This document shows positions 7,905 to 17,042 of a stretch of 64,000 bases of DNA, piece by piece. The stretch spans positions 9,864-73,863 of the forward strand of contig MSGV01000017.1 in NCBI GenBank assembly GCA_001940845.1, written 5' to 3'. The notes under the pieces were generated by a model that did no database searches, was not told the DNA's origin, and worked only from the letters and a program-made list of their open reading frames with translations. Within the stretch, counting starts at the first letter, position 1. Every line of letters begins with the position of its first letter. This stretch comes from Christensenellaceae bacterium Phil7. GTDB taxonomy: Bacteria > Bacillota > Clostridia > Christensenellales > CAG-138. Position numbers and translations under genes: made by a program.

Positions 7905-8300
7905 GAAATTGCGCATTGGGAGATGCTTGGCACGATGATATTCCAATCGCTTCGCGGCGCATCGCTCGCCGATATCGACCGAGCCGGGCTGACCGGGTAT
8001 TACACCATCCATAATCATGGCGTATTCCCCTGCGATCCGAACGGAGTGCCCTTCACCACCGCCTATATCGCCTGCACCGGCGATCCGATCACCGATATAA
8101 CCGAGGATCTGGCAGCGGAGGAAAAGGCCCGCACGACCTATGAACATCTAATGAATCTTACCGATTGTGAGCAGTATCTTGCACCCCTGCGCTTCCTGCG
8201 CGAGCGTGAGATCGTCCACTATCAGCGCTTCGGCGAATGCCTGAATATCCTGCACGAAATGTATCCGAACAGGGATCAGAATAAGCTTTGCAGAAAATAG
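7905..8300 (+). pseudogene. cotJC: 3' part of cotJC (manganese-catalase family spore-coat protein), split by the prophage
   Basis: Frame reads EIAHWEMLGTMIFQ...GDPITDITEDLAAEEKARTTYE...LRFLREREIVHYQRFGE; N-terminus missing; in-frame TAA at 7887-7889. Confidence 0.85.
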
Positions 8301-8664
8301 CAGCGCGTTTTCCAAGCGCATGATCGGCATTTCATGAGCGCTGCGCCGATGTGCGCAAAGCGGATGGATGTATGAATTTTCATCCTGTGATCTCCGATCG
8401 AGCATGCATGAAGGGCTCGTATTGGCCTGGTATACCACTATGGCATCCGGCAAATGCGATCCCTTTTCCTTATGCAGCCAAGCCATCGAACGCTTGATAT
8501 TCACGCCGTATTATGTATGGAAGCACTTAACCCAAGAGCTCCCCTGCTCCACTCCATTTTTATATGCTTAATAATGGCTTGATCAAGCCCGGCTTCCAAG
8601 TCTGCCGCAGCGGTTCCCAAAATCATGTTATATCAATTTTCTTCATGATATCGGTAAAATGGGC

Positions 8665-8693
8665 TTGACAGAAGCCCACGCTTGCCATATAAT
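8665..8693 (+). promoter_or_regulatory. Sigma-A promoter of tRNA-Tyr
   Basis: TTGACA-17 bp-TATAAT. Confidence 0.85.
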
Positions 8694-8713
8694 GATTCTA
8701 TAATATTAATTAT

Positions 8714-8798
8714 GGACGGGTTCCCGAGCGGCCAAAGGGAGCGGACTGTAAATCCGTTGTCACAGACTACGATGGTTCGAATCCATCCCCGTCCACCA
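8714..8798 (+). tRNA. tRNA-Tyr (GTA)
   Basis: GGACGGG/CCCGTCC acceptor stem, CTGTAAA anticodon loop, long variable arm, GGTTCGAATCC, encoded CCA. Confidence 0.96.
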
Positions 8799-8840
8799 AA
8801 GCACCGTAATCTTGGTATCAAAATTACGGTGCTTATTTTT
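8799..8840 (+). terminator. Hairpin after tRNA-Tyr (terminator and possible att remnant)
   Basis: AAGCACCGTAAT...ATTACGGTGCTT followed by a T-run. Confidence 0.65.
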
Positions 8841-9140
8841 GCTTACATACGCAAAAACCAAAGGTTTTTCAAGATTTTTGTGCAAAATTCAAAACCGCAG
8901 CGGTTATTCTCGTTTATGGGGCTATTGCCACCCTTCGCAGCTATAAATCGAGTGAAATATTCTGCTGTACAAAACTTCGTTCTTTTAGAACTATTCCTCG
9001 TTCCCATGGCTTCTGTATTTCTCGTTGCTACTGCGATATAATTATTTCAGAACGACAACTAGTTCTGGAAGTCAGCGCATATGCTCAAAGATGAAGAAGT
9101 TATATTTTTAACCCAATAGCATCTGATAGGTTAAAAATCA

Positions 9141-9169
9141 TTGATATTATAAACCAAATTGCATATAAT
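9141..9169 (+). promoter_or_regulatory. Sigma-A promoter of the TA operon
   Basis: TTGATA-17 bp-TATAAT. Confidence 0.65.
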
Positions 9170-9191
9170 AAGAGCGTAAGGAGGTGTTATT

Positions 9192-9491
9192 ATGGCATTA
9201 ACAACTTTCAGCGTAAGGATGGACGAAAGCTTAAAACGGCAGTTTGATGCCCTTTGCTCCGATTTTGGAATGAATGCGACCACTGCGTTTAATGTGTTTG
9301 CCCGTGCTGTTGTTCGGGAAAAGAGAATCCCATTTGAAATCCAGGCATCCAGCTATTTCACAAGACAGAGTGGTATGCAGGCATTTATGGCACTTCGGGC
9401 ACAGGCAAAGGAAAACGGTGTGCAGGATTTGTCCCTTGATGAAATCAATGAGGAAATTCGTAAATCCAGATATGAAGAGGCTGCGGAGTGA
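9192..9491 (+). CDS. RelB/DinJ-family antitoxin
   Basis: FSVRMDESLK..FD.LC.DFGMNATTAFNVFARAVVREKRIPFEI ribbon-helix-helix motif. Confidence 0.88.
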   Translation: MALTTFSVRMDESLKRQFDALCSDFGMNATTAFNVFARAVVREKRIPFEIQASSYFTRQSGMQAFMALRAQAKENGVQDLSLDEINEEIRKSRYEEAAE

Positions 9492-9670
9492 TTTGTTATG
9501 CGGTGATTGATACCAATGTGCTGGTATCTGCACTCTTGTCAAGTCACGATAATGCCGCTACTGTTCAAGATGAAGCCTACCTTGTAACCGGAAACCTGAA
9601 ACATTTTCCTATAAAACCGTTTATCGTGACTGCACGAGAGTTTTTAGGCATTCTAAATGGAACCAAATAA
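9488..9670 (+). pseudogene. PIN-family toxin with a large internal in-frame deletion
   Basis: AVIDTNVLVSALL N-motif joined almost directly to the LVTGNLKHFP C-motif; only 60 aa. Confidence 0.75.
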
Positions 9671-9750
9671 GATACACTAAATTGTCAAAGGGGACTGTTT
9701 TAAGCAGCCCCTTTTCCTTATTATCTTGAAGAAAGGGGGACGGAGAACAA

Positions 9751-9828
9751 ATGCCAAGCAAGTTGGATTTCTATTCTCAAATGGCAGACCACACAGCAAG
9801 GCAGTTTACCGGCAGCTTCGTTGAACGG
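9751..9828 (+). pseudogene. 5' fragment of a large ICE-type helicase/methylase gene
   Basis: Strong RBS then MPSKLDFYSQMADHTARQFTGSF, recalled as the start of large ICE proteins; resemblance ends after ~26 codons. Confidence 0.35.
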
Positions 9829-10383
9829 AATTTGGACCCCCCTGCTTTTCGGCTATACAATTCCCGCTGTGCGAACGCGTGCTCTCCCATGACAAACAAA
9901 AAAGACACACGATCAGCGCATGTGCCTTAAAAGAGAGAGTTTATTTTATGTGTTGCGAAATAAAAACCTTGCAGCAAAAAAAGCTTTTTATTCCGGTGCT
10001 TAGCCTATCCTGCCATCCTTTAAAAACCTTTCATTGCATACTCATGAGAAGAATCATCTCACGCTTCATACATACAACAATCGTGAAGGGGTAAATGGGT
10101 AACACTTTTCAAAATATATTTTTATTTTTCCGTTTTGAATGCAGCTGCCGCGGTATTTCCGGCGCGTACAGTTCGCGCGGCATTGCGCCGCCTACTCTTT
10201 TCAAGCGCAGCCTTGCAGAACTCCGTTCAATTCTCCGCCCAACGACCGCCCCCAAAGTGAAAACAAATCATATCTCGCATTTTGCATCCCTTTATCCTAT
10301 CTTTTATTATTGACTCTGTCCGATTTCGAACCTATAATAATTTATGTATCTTCAACAATAAAGTCGAAAAAACGGAGTACATT

Positions 10384-11889
10384 ATGAGAAAAAAAGAATT
10401 GCCCGAAGCATCGGCCTTCCTCAATTGGAAGCAGGGCTTGGGATCGGATGATGCAAACCGCATAGAGCAATTTTTCGAAGAGCTTCGATCGCATATCCTC
10501 CTGGCGCGGGATGAAACGCGCAAGCTCATGATCGATTTTGAAAATGTGCTGCTCTTCTATGCGCAGGAAGGCGTTTCCATCGATGATATGCTGGATAGGC
10601 TCAATCCTCGGCGGCTGAGCGGGTTTTATGCGCGCCCTCCGGCCGTCTGGTATCCCCTTGATGATGCTGCAAAGATCTATCCGCTTTCAATGCGCAATGG
10701 GCGTATGGCCGTCTTTCGCCTATCGGTATATCTTAAAAGGCCGGTCGTACCGGAGCTGCTTCAAACCGCACTGACCTTCACGATAACGCGGTTTCCAAGC
10801 TTTGCGACCACGGTCAAGAGCGGTTTATTCTGGCATTATTTGGATGCCTCCAAGCGGCGCTACACCGTGGAGGAAGAAAAAGGAATACCCTGCCGCCCAC
10901 TGCCGGTCTCCCGAAGCGGCTCCCAATCCTTCCGCGTACTCTTCTTCCGAAATCGCATCAGCATCGAATTCTTTCATATTCTGACCGATGGTACCGGCGG
11001 GCTCGTCTTTCTCAAGACCCTCACTGCGGAATACCTCAGGCTGCTTGGTTCTGCCGAAATCAGCGGCGATGGCATCCTGCGCATTGGAGAAATTCCAAGG
11101 GCGAGTGAAACCGAAAATGCCTTCCTCCATGCTGAAAAGGCGGCCGGAGCCTCGGGCTTTACCGATCGACCCGCCGTTCAGTTCGGCGGCGCACTGGCCA
11201 GAACCCTTCCATGCCGAATACTGCATTTCAAGCTGGATTCCGAAAAGCTGCTGGAAGCGGCAAGGCAGCGCGGAACAACCGTCACCGCATATATCCTTGC
11301 AAAGCTTTTTCTTGCCGGACGAAGCGCGATAGATTTGCAGAGCGGGGAGATGAGCATACAGGTGCCCGTCAATATGCGCAAATTCTATCCATCGAATACC
11401 GTCAGGAATTTTGCGATGTACTGCGGAATCCGCATTCCCATTCAAGCAATAGAACCGGGCAATGAGCTCATCGAGGAGATATCCCAGCAGCTTGCCGAAA
11501 AGACCTCTGAGGAAAATATGAGCGCAATGATGGCCTCGACCGAAAGCATGGTGCATTTGCTGCGCTATATTCCTCTGGCGATCAAAGCGCCTGTGGCAAG
11601 GCATGTGTATAGCTTCCTCGGCGAAAGCATCTTCACCAATACCCTATCCAATCTGGGGGTGGTCAAGCTGCCCGATGAAATGGCAGATCAGATCGAATGT
11701 ATGGATTTTGTGCTGGGTACCGCTTCATCGAACCGGGCGAGCTGCGCCATGATCACCTGCGGCGGCACGGCAATGCTTTCCGTTACCAAGCGCACCCTCG
11801 ATCCCTCGTTTGAGGAGGCGCTCTGCGCCCTGCTGTCCGAGGATGGCATACCTATGGAGCTTGAAGGAAGTGAAAATTATGAAGGTTAA
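10384..11889 (+). CDS. Alcohol acetyltransferase-like CoA-dependent acyltransferase
   Basis: WYPLDDAAKIYP, FFHILTDGTGG (HxxxD), IQVPVNMRKFYPS.TVRNF, TLSNLG. Confidence 0.82.
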   Translation: MRKKELPEASAFLNWKQGLGSDDANRIEQFFEELRSHILLARDETRKLMIDFENVLLFYAQEGVSIDDMLDRLNPRRLSGFYARPPAVWYPLDDAAKIYPLSMRNGRMAVFRLSVYLKRPVVPELLQTALTFTITRFPSFATTVKSGLFWHYLDASKRRYTVEEEKGIPCRPLPVSRSGSQSFRVLFFRNRISIEFFHILTDGTGGLVFLKTLTAEYLRLLGSAEISGDGILRIGEIPRASETENAFLHAEKAAGASGFTDRPAVQFGGALARTLPCRILHFKLDSEKLLEAARQRGTTVTAYILAKLFLAGRSAIDLQSGEMSIQVPVNMRKFYPSNTVRNFAMYCGIRIPIQAIEPGNELIEEISQQLAEKTSEENMSAMMASTESMVHLLRYIPLAIKAPVARHVYSFLGESIFTNTLSNLGVVKLPDEMADQIECMDFVLGTASSNRASCAMITCGGTAMLSVTKRTLDPSFEEALCALLSEDGIPMELEGSENYEG

Positions 11890-12445
11890 TATAACGTATC
11901 CCCATGCAGAAAAAAGGCTTGAATGCAGGCGCAGCCTGCTGCTATGGTCGAAATGGATTCTGTTTGCCGCATGTGCGCTCTGTGTATTTCTGAATCTGGT
12001 CATCGGCGGTCCGGCATGGAGCGTGATCGTCGTATGGGCGGGCTGGACCTGCTGGTCCTTCCTGATCTGGCCCGATCTCGTTTCATGCAATCGCATGAGC
12101 CTTTGGATTCGTATGGTGCTCAGCGCCGCACTGCTGCTCAGCATCATCGCGCTGCTGTTCACTCAAAGCGCCCGAAATGGAATTCCGCTGGTATGGTTCA
12201 TCGGCGAAAGCGTGGCCGGCGCACTCTTCTTCACCGATCTCTCCCGGCAAAAGCAGAATATGCCGCCCATGCTGCTCCTGCTTGCAATGGGGCTGATGAT
12301 CTCGGTTTTCGGGATGATATTCGTTGGTATAACATGGGAATTCATTGCGACAGGCATTGCGGCGGTCATAATAATCATAGCCGGAATCTCATTGCTCGGA
12401 GATGAGCTGATTCAAGCGATCAAAAAGACCATACATACGCAGTGA
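11879..12445 (+). CDS. Membrane protein (DUF6320-like) coupled to the acyltransferase
   Basis: Several hydrophobic helices; start overlaps the upstream stop. Confidence 0.65.
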   Translation: MKVNITYPHAEKRLECRRSLLLWSKWILFAACALCVFLNLVIGGPAWSVIVVWAGWTCWSFLIWPDLVSCNRMSLWIRMVLSAALLLSIIALLFTQSARNGIPLVWFIGESVAGALFFTDLSRQKQNMPPMLLLLAMGLMISVFGMIFVGITWEFIATGIAAVIIIIAGISLLGDELIQAIKKTIHTQ

Positions 12446-12476
12446 TGCTGCGAAGCTGAGGCCCTCCTGAAAGCAA

Positions 12477-12911
12477 TCAGAGCATTTCGCCCCAAAGCCC
12501 GCTTTCCAACTCCAGTATGGCTTCAATCGGGATCTCCGAGCCATCATGAAGGATGATGCTTCGTGAATATTCATCAATACGCTTTACCCTTCCCACGGCG
12601 GTGATATATTCACCGCCCGATTTTGTTTTATCGGGCAAAAAATAGGTTATCGTGATCTCGGGCTCCCCTGCGGCATCGGAGATGAGCTGAAGCTTCATAT
12701 CGAGGAGCGTACGCATATCCTCGCTCAGCTCTATCCTGCTGTCCGTCAGCCGTGCGGTCTCCTTTATCGCCGCTCCATATCCCGTCAATGCCGCAAATGG
12801 CGAAAACTGAGCCGCACGGTCATGTGCCGACATATGGGGTCTCGTGCTCGAAACATGATGCGGCAGCGAAATTATAGCATCGTAGCGATGCTCATCCTCG
12901 AATCCGGGCAT
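12477..12911 (-). CDS. YolD-like protein (partner of Y-family polymerase)
   Basis: HHVSSTRPHMSAHDRAAQFSPFAALTGY; ITYFLPD..K.GGEY. Confidence 0.85.
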   Translation of the reverse strand: MPGFEDEHRYDAIISLPHHVSSTRPHMSAHDRAAQFSPFAALTGYGAAIKETARLTDSRIELSEDMRTLLDMKLQLISDAAGEPEITITYFLPDKTKSGGEYITAVGRVKRIDEYSRSIILHDGSEIPIEAILELESGLWGEML

Positions 12912-12969
12912 CGATATCCCTCCTGTGAAATCATCATTGCGGCGATACTGTTTTGGTACCCATGCCGCC

Positions 12970-13524
12970 CTATATTGAATAAACGACTGCGCCCATCACC
13001 GCCGAGATCAATATGAGCATGATCGGGGATAGCTTTTTACCGGTCAGCTTGGGCAGAAGCAGCATCAGCGCACCGAGTATCGCCGAAATCAGCAATGCAC
13101 GAATATCCGCCGCACCATTGGCTGCACAGTGCTCTATCACCATATAAATGCCGACTGCAAGTATTATACCGATGATACATGGCTTCAAACCATCGAGGAG
13201 CGCCTGAACATATTTATTATTCATAGTTTTCTTCAAAACCGCCGTCAGCAGCAGGATGATGAGGAATGCCGGAAGCACCACTGCGAATGTTGCCAGAAGG
13301 CTTCCTGGCAGTCCGGCCTTTGCGCTGCCCACATAGGTTGCGATATTTACCATTATCGAGCCCGGAGTCGATTCACTGACGGCTATCATATAGGTCAGCT
13401 CCTCATCGGTCAGCCAGCCATAGGCAAGAACGATATCACGAATCAGTGGAATCGCGCCATAGGCTCCGCCGAACGAAAAACAGCCCACCTTGAAAAAACC
13501 GATGAGCAGATCCAGATAGATCAT
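12970..13524 (-). CDS. Short-chain chromate transporter (CHR) subunit
   Basis: FFKVGCFSFGGAY, AVSESTPG, LATFAVVLPAF. Confidence 0.88.
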   Translation of the reverse strand: MIYLDLLIGFFKVGCFSFGGAYGAIPLIRDIVLAYGWLTDEELTYMIAVSESTPGSIMVNIATYVGSAKAGLPGSLLATFAVVLPAFLIILLLTAVLKKTMNNKYVQALLDGLKPCIIGIILAVGIYMVIEHCAANGAADIRALLISAILGALMLLLPKLTGKKLSPIMLILISAVMGAVVYSI

Positions 13525-14120
13525 TTCCCATCACCACCCTTGATAAAAAATGCAGCAAGGCTCACCGCTGCCGCCATCAGCATCAGCGCAATTGATGAAA
13601 ATTTTAAGGAAAAGATATCGATCAGCAGCATCGACGCAAATCCAAAGGCCATTATGGAATAGGTCAGTGCATTTCTCTTGATATGCCTCGCCATATTGAG
13701 CCCCGCCTGAAGGATCAGAAGCCCTACAGCCAGCTTTATCCCTTTGAATGCATTTGCAATGATGGTCAGCTCCATAAAATTATCAAGGAACATGGAGATG
13801 ATATAGATGATGATAAATGATGGCAGAACGACTCCGATCGTTGCGGCAATCGCCCCGGCCATACCCGCCGTCCTGAAGCCTACGAAGGTAGCAGCATTGA
13901 TCGCTATAGGTCCGGGAGTGGATTCCGCAATGGTGACGGCAGCCATCATTTCATCATGCGTTATCCATTTTTTCCTTTCAACGCAGCTATTTTCAACCAT
14001 TGATATCATTGCGTAGCCGCCGCCGAAGGTAAAAAGACCAATCTTTACAAAGGTCAGGAACAGATCCATTATAAGCTTCATCATGCGCCCCCATTTACTG
14101 AATTCGTCTGATTCTAGCAC
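13521..14120 (-). CDS. Short-chain chromate transporter (CHR) subunit
   Basis: KIGLFTFGGGYAM, AESTPGPIAINAATFVG. Confidence 0.9.
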   Translation of the reverse strand: MLESDEFSKWGRMMKLIMDLFLTFVKIGLFTFGGGYAMISMVENSCVERKKWITHDEMMAAVTIAESTPGPIAINAATFVGFRTAGMAGAIAATIGVVLPSFIIIYIISMFLDNFMELTIIANAFKGIKLAVGLLILQAGLNMARHIKRNALTYSIMAFGFASMLLIDIFSLKFSSIALMLMAAAVSLAAFFIKGGDGK

Positions 14121-14209
14121 TGCATTCAGCTTTAGTCAACGCCCGATGAAGGAGCTCACGCCCTAAAGGATCGGCACATGGCATAGCGATGCAAAGCCAA
14201 AGCAGCGTA

Positions 14210-15733
14210 CTAAGCCTTATGCCCTCCGATCTGCTCATTCCGCTCCTTTGCGGTCGCTCCCTCTTCAAAGCTTATCCCTTTAAGAATAGCATTCCTTCCG
14301 AAACGCTTTTTAATCGAAAGCACCGCCTCCTGCATCCTCCGTTCCCTTGCCAATGCTTCGGTCTCCTGCTTCCGCTCAGCCTCCTTCTCCGCAGGGTCTG
14401 TAAACAGCTCAAGCTGCTCATACTCCGGGGCATCCGGCACGGCGGTTTCGCCGATCACATTATTGGCGGTAATATTGAGCCGCCTTATGAGCAGCCTTTT
14501 ATCGGCTATCCTTTCAAAAAGCTCGGAGGCCGCATCCATTATCCGCTTTGCCGACGAGGTGTATCCATTCAGCCCAACCGAGCCATGTGCATGCTTCGGA
14601 ACCCTTCTTCCATAAAAATCCGTCGTTATATCGCCATGATAATCCGCCCTGATGGACTCATTGGCAAGGTTTTCGATATCATACCCGATGGTGATCGTGA
14701 TCTGATTCGTCATAAGCTTCCTATCCACCAGATCGAGCACGAGGGCATCCATCATTTCGCAGACAACAAGCCTTGCCCTATCAAAGGGATAGGGGCTTTT
14801 GAGCACCTGCCCGGATCCAATACTGCTCGATTCCGGTTTATATGCCTTGATATCTGCGAGCGTGCAAGGCTCCCAGCCCCAGGCATGATCTATGAGCAGC
14901 TCCGCATTCACACCAAACAGCTTATAGAGCAGGGCTTCGTTATAGAAATCCCTTGGCCCGCCGATGGAGCAGCCTGCAATATCCCCCATCGTATAGAGCC
15001 CGATCGATTCAAGCCGCTTTGCATAGCCCCGGCCGACCCTCCAAAAATCCGTAATGGGTCTATGCGTCCATAGCAGCCTGCGATAGCTCATCTCATCCAA
15101 TTCCGCAATTCGAACTCCATTTTCATCCGCCGCGATATGCTTCGCCTGAATATCCATAGCCACCTTGCATAGATACAGATTTGTGCCTATTCCGGCGGTT
15201 GCCGTTATCCCCGTTCTGCCGAGCACCTCCAATATCAGCTTCATCGCCAGCTCCCTTGCGGATATTCCATATGTGCTCAAATAGCTTGTTGCATCGATGA
15301 AGACCTCATCTATTGAGTAGACGTGGATATCCTCCGGGGCGATGTATTCGAGGTAGATCTGATAGATACGGGTGCTGAATTCGATGTAATGCGCCATCCT
15401 GGGCGGTGCCACGATGTATTCAACGGCGAGCTCTCCATGCGCCTTGAGCTCATTCACATCGAAGGAGCTTCCCGTAAGCCGATTTCCCGGCGCAGCACGC
15501 CTCCGCTGCGCATTTATTCCATCTATCCGCTGCATGACTTCAAAAAGTCTTGGTCTGCCCGGTATTCCGTAGGCCTTCATGGATGGTGTGATGGCAAGGC
15601 ATATCGTCTTTTCGGTTCGTCCGCTGTCCGCAACCACAAGCTGCGTGCTCATCGGATCCAGCCCCCGTTCGACGCACTCCACCGAAGCATAAAAGCTCTT
15701 GAGATCGATAGCGATATATGTTCTTTGCTCCAT
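14210..15733 (-). CDS. Y-family DNA polymerase (UvrX/ImpB/MucB-like)
   Basis: IAIDLKSFYASVEC, YSIDEVFID, TATAGIG, C-terminal QIGGHKA. Confidence 0.92.
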   Translation of the reverse strand: MEQRTYIAIDLKSFYASVECVERGLDPMSTQLVVADSGRTEKTICLAITPSMKAYGIPGRPRLFEVMQRIDGINAQRRRAAPGNRLTGSSFDVNELKAHGELAVEYIVAPPRMAHYIEFSTRIYQIYLEYIAPEDIHVYSIDEVFIDATSYLSTYGISARELAMKLILEVLGRTGITATAGIGTNLYLCKVAMDIQAKHIAADENGVRIAELDEMSYRRLLWTHRPITDFWRVGRGYAKRLESIGLYTMGDIAGCSIGGPRDFYNEALLYKLFGVNAELLIDHAWGWEPCTLADIKAYKPESSSIGSGQVLKSPYPFDRARLVVCEMMDALVLDLVDRKLMTNQITITIGYDIENLANESIRADYHGDITTDFYGRRVPKHAHGSVGLNGYTSSAKRIMDAASELFERIADKRLLIRRLNITANNVIGETAVPDAPEYEQLELFTDPAEKEAERKQETEALARERRMQEAVLSIKKRFGRNAILKGISFEEGATAKERNEQIGGHKA

Positions 15734-15800
15734 GCCCCGGCACACCTCCCTTGTATCGGACTATTTCAATATCTATGAAGCCTTACTCCCACTGAATTGT

Positions 15801-16460
15801 TCAGACGATCTCCCATACGAAGGATGCCGTATCGATGAGCTCTATCTCGTCCGGCTCGATATTCGGCATGAGCTTCATATTTCTCACCATCATGGGCAGA
15901 ACGGTCTGCTCATCAGCATATCGAGTTCGCGAATTCAAATCCTGCCGCCCCCAGCTATAGTCTATACTTAAGAGCTGCCCAAGCTCAACGCCTGCGGCAT
16001 GGCAAAGGCACTCGGCTTTCTCTACGGCATCGTGCGCAATGCAGGCAAGCAGCTCTTCTTCCAGCTTTGAAGGCTCTTTAACCGTAAAATCGATGCTCAA
16101 TTCCGGGGCAGCTATGCTTTCGGCAAGCGCTGAGAGCATTCCAGCCAGCCTCCCACTATCGAAATCAAATGCAAGCCTGAATCGATAGGCTGCCGCATAT
16201 CCGGCAAATACACTCTGATAGCTTCCGCTGCCATCCGGCTGATTTTCATATGCCGTATCGACATTGAAGCTTATTGTCTTCAGCTCGCCCCTTTGAAAAC
16301 CCATGGCTGCTGCCGCACCCTCCAAAGCCTCTATGCGCTTTGCGGCACGCTCCATCGCATCCGCATATTCCATAGCCCTCTCTTCAATCAGTATGGATAG
16401 AATTATCATATCCGGTCTTGCTGATACCTTGCCCGTGCCTTTGATGGTGATCGTCCTCAT
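15801..16460 (-). CDS. SIMPL/DUF541-family protein
   Basis: TITIKGTG.VSARPD...DAVEKAE.L..AAGVELGQLLSI. Confidence 0.82.
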   Translation of the reverse strand: MRTITIKGTGKVSARPDMIILSILIEERAMEYADAMERAAKRIEALEGAAAAMGFQRGELKTISFNVDTAYENQPDGSGSYQSVFAGYAAAYRFRLAFDFDSGRLAGMLSALAESIAAPELSIDFTVKEPSKLEEELLACIAHDAVEKAECLCHAAGVELGQLLSIDYSWGRQDLNSRTRYADEQTVLPMMVRNMKLMPNIEPDEIELIDTASFVWEIV

Positions 16461-16546
16461 CCGATTTTCCTCCCATTATTATCTCCGATGTAATTCTGAA
16501 TATGAGCCGCTCCGCTCTTCGGCGGCAGTGAAATTCGCGCCTGGGC

Positions 16547-17020
16547 CTACCGCCTTGCCTTGCCCGTCATATGCTCCTGGATCATTTCAAACATCACAAA
16601 TGCATCGATATCCTTTTTGCAATGCTCGATCGCCCTTCCCGCCGCTTCCGGGGCAAGCGTCCGCATGAATACCCTCAATGCGGCAAGCTTTTCATCTCGC
16701 TGCTCTATAATCCTCACACTGCCAAAGACTATGACGCTGGAATAGCTGACCGAATAATTTTCCGCATCCAGCTCGCGGCGATCGACCACCGTCAGGCAGG
16801 CTTTCGGATTTCTGCGTAACGCATCGAGCTTATGGCTTCGCCCGGATGTTCCGTGCATATATAGCTTTCCATCTGCCAAGGCATAGCTGATCGGTACGCC
16901 GTATGGATAGCCATCATACCCGATTACGCAGAGCACTCCATCGGTGCATCTGCTAAGCAGCAGCTTGGATTGCTCTGGATCAAGCTCGCGCTCATTCCGC
17001 TCCATCGCTCTGAATCTCAT
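16547..17020 (-). CDS. Pyridoxamine 5'-phosphate oxidase-like flavin-binding protein (Nim family)
   Basis: GYPYGVPISY..LYMHG..HKLDAL..NPK...YSSVIVFG. Confidence 0.8.
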   Translation of the reverse strand: MRFRAMERNERELDPEQSKLLLSRCTDGVLCVIGYDGYPYGVPISYALADGKLYMHGTSGRSHKLDALRRNPKACLTVVDRRELDAENYSVSYSSVIVFGSVRIIEQRDEKLAALRVFMRTLAPEAAGRAIEHCKKDIDAFVMFEMIQEHMTGKARR

Positions 17021-17042
17021 TTTATCCGCCCCCCATCCCCAG

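Larger units (their letters stand above)
1..7905. mobile_element. Right end of a temperate prophage (replication, early genes, immunity switch, cargo, serine integrase) inserted in cotJC; continues left of the window
   Basis: Replication-protein N-terminus, short phage-type ORFs, divergent cro/cI pair, and a large serine recombinase ending directly before a headless cotJC. Confidence 0.9.

Noticed and set aside
7923-8300. Independent 125-aa gene starting at ATG 7923
   Set aside because: This Met is internal to CotJC, the GGGAG directly abuts the ATG, and similarity extends upstream to EIAHWE; treated as a split gene
8682-9041. 119-aa ORF after cotJC
   Set aside because: Overlaps tRNA-Tyr and its terminator
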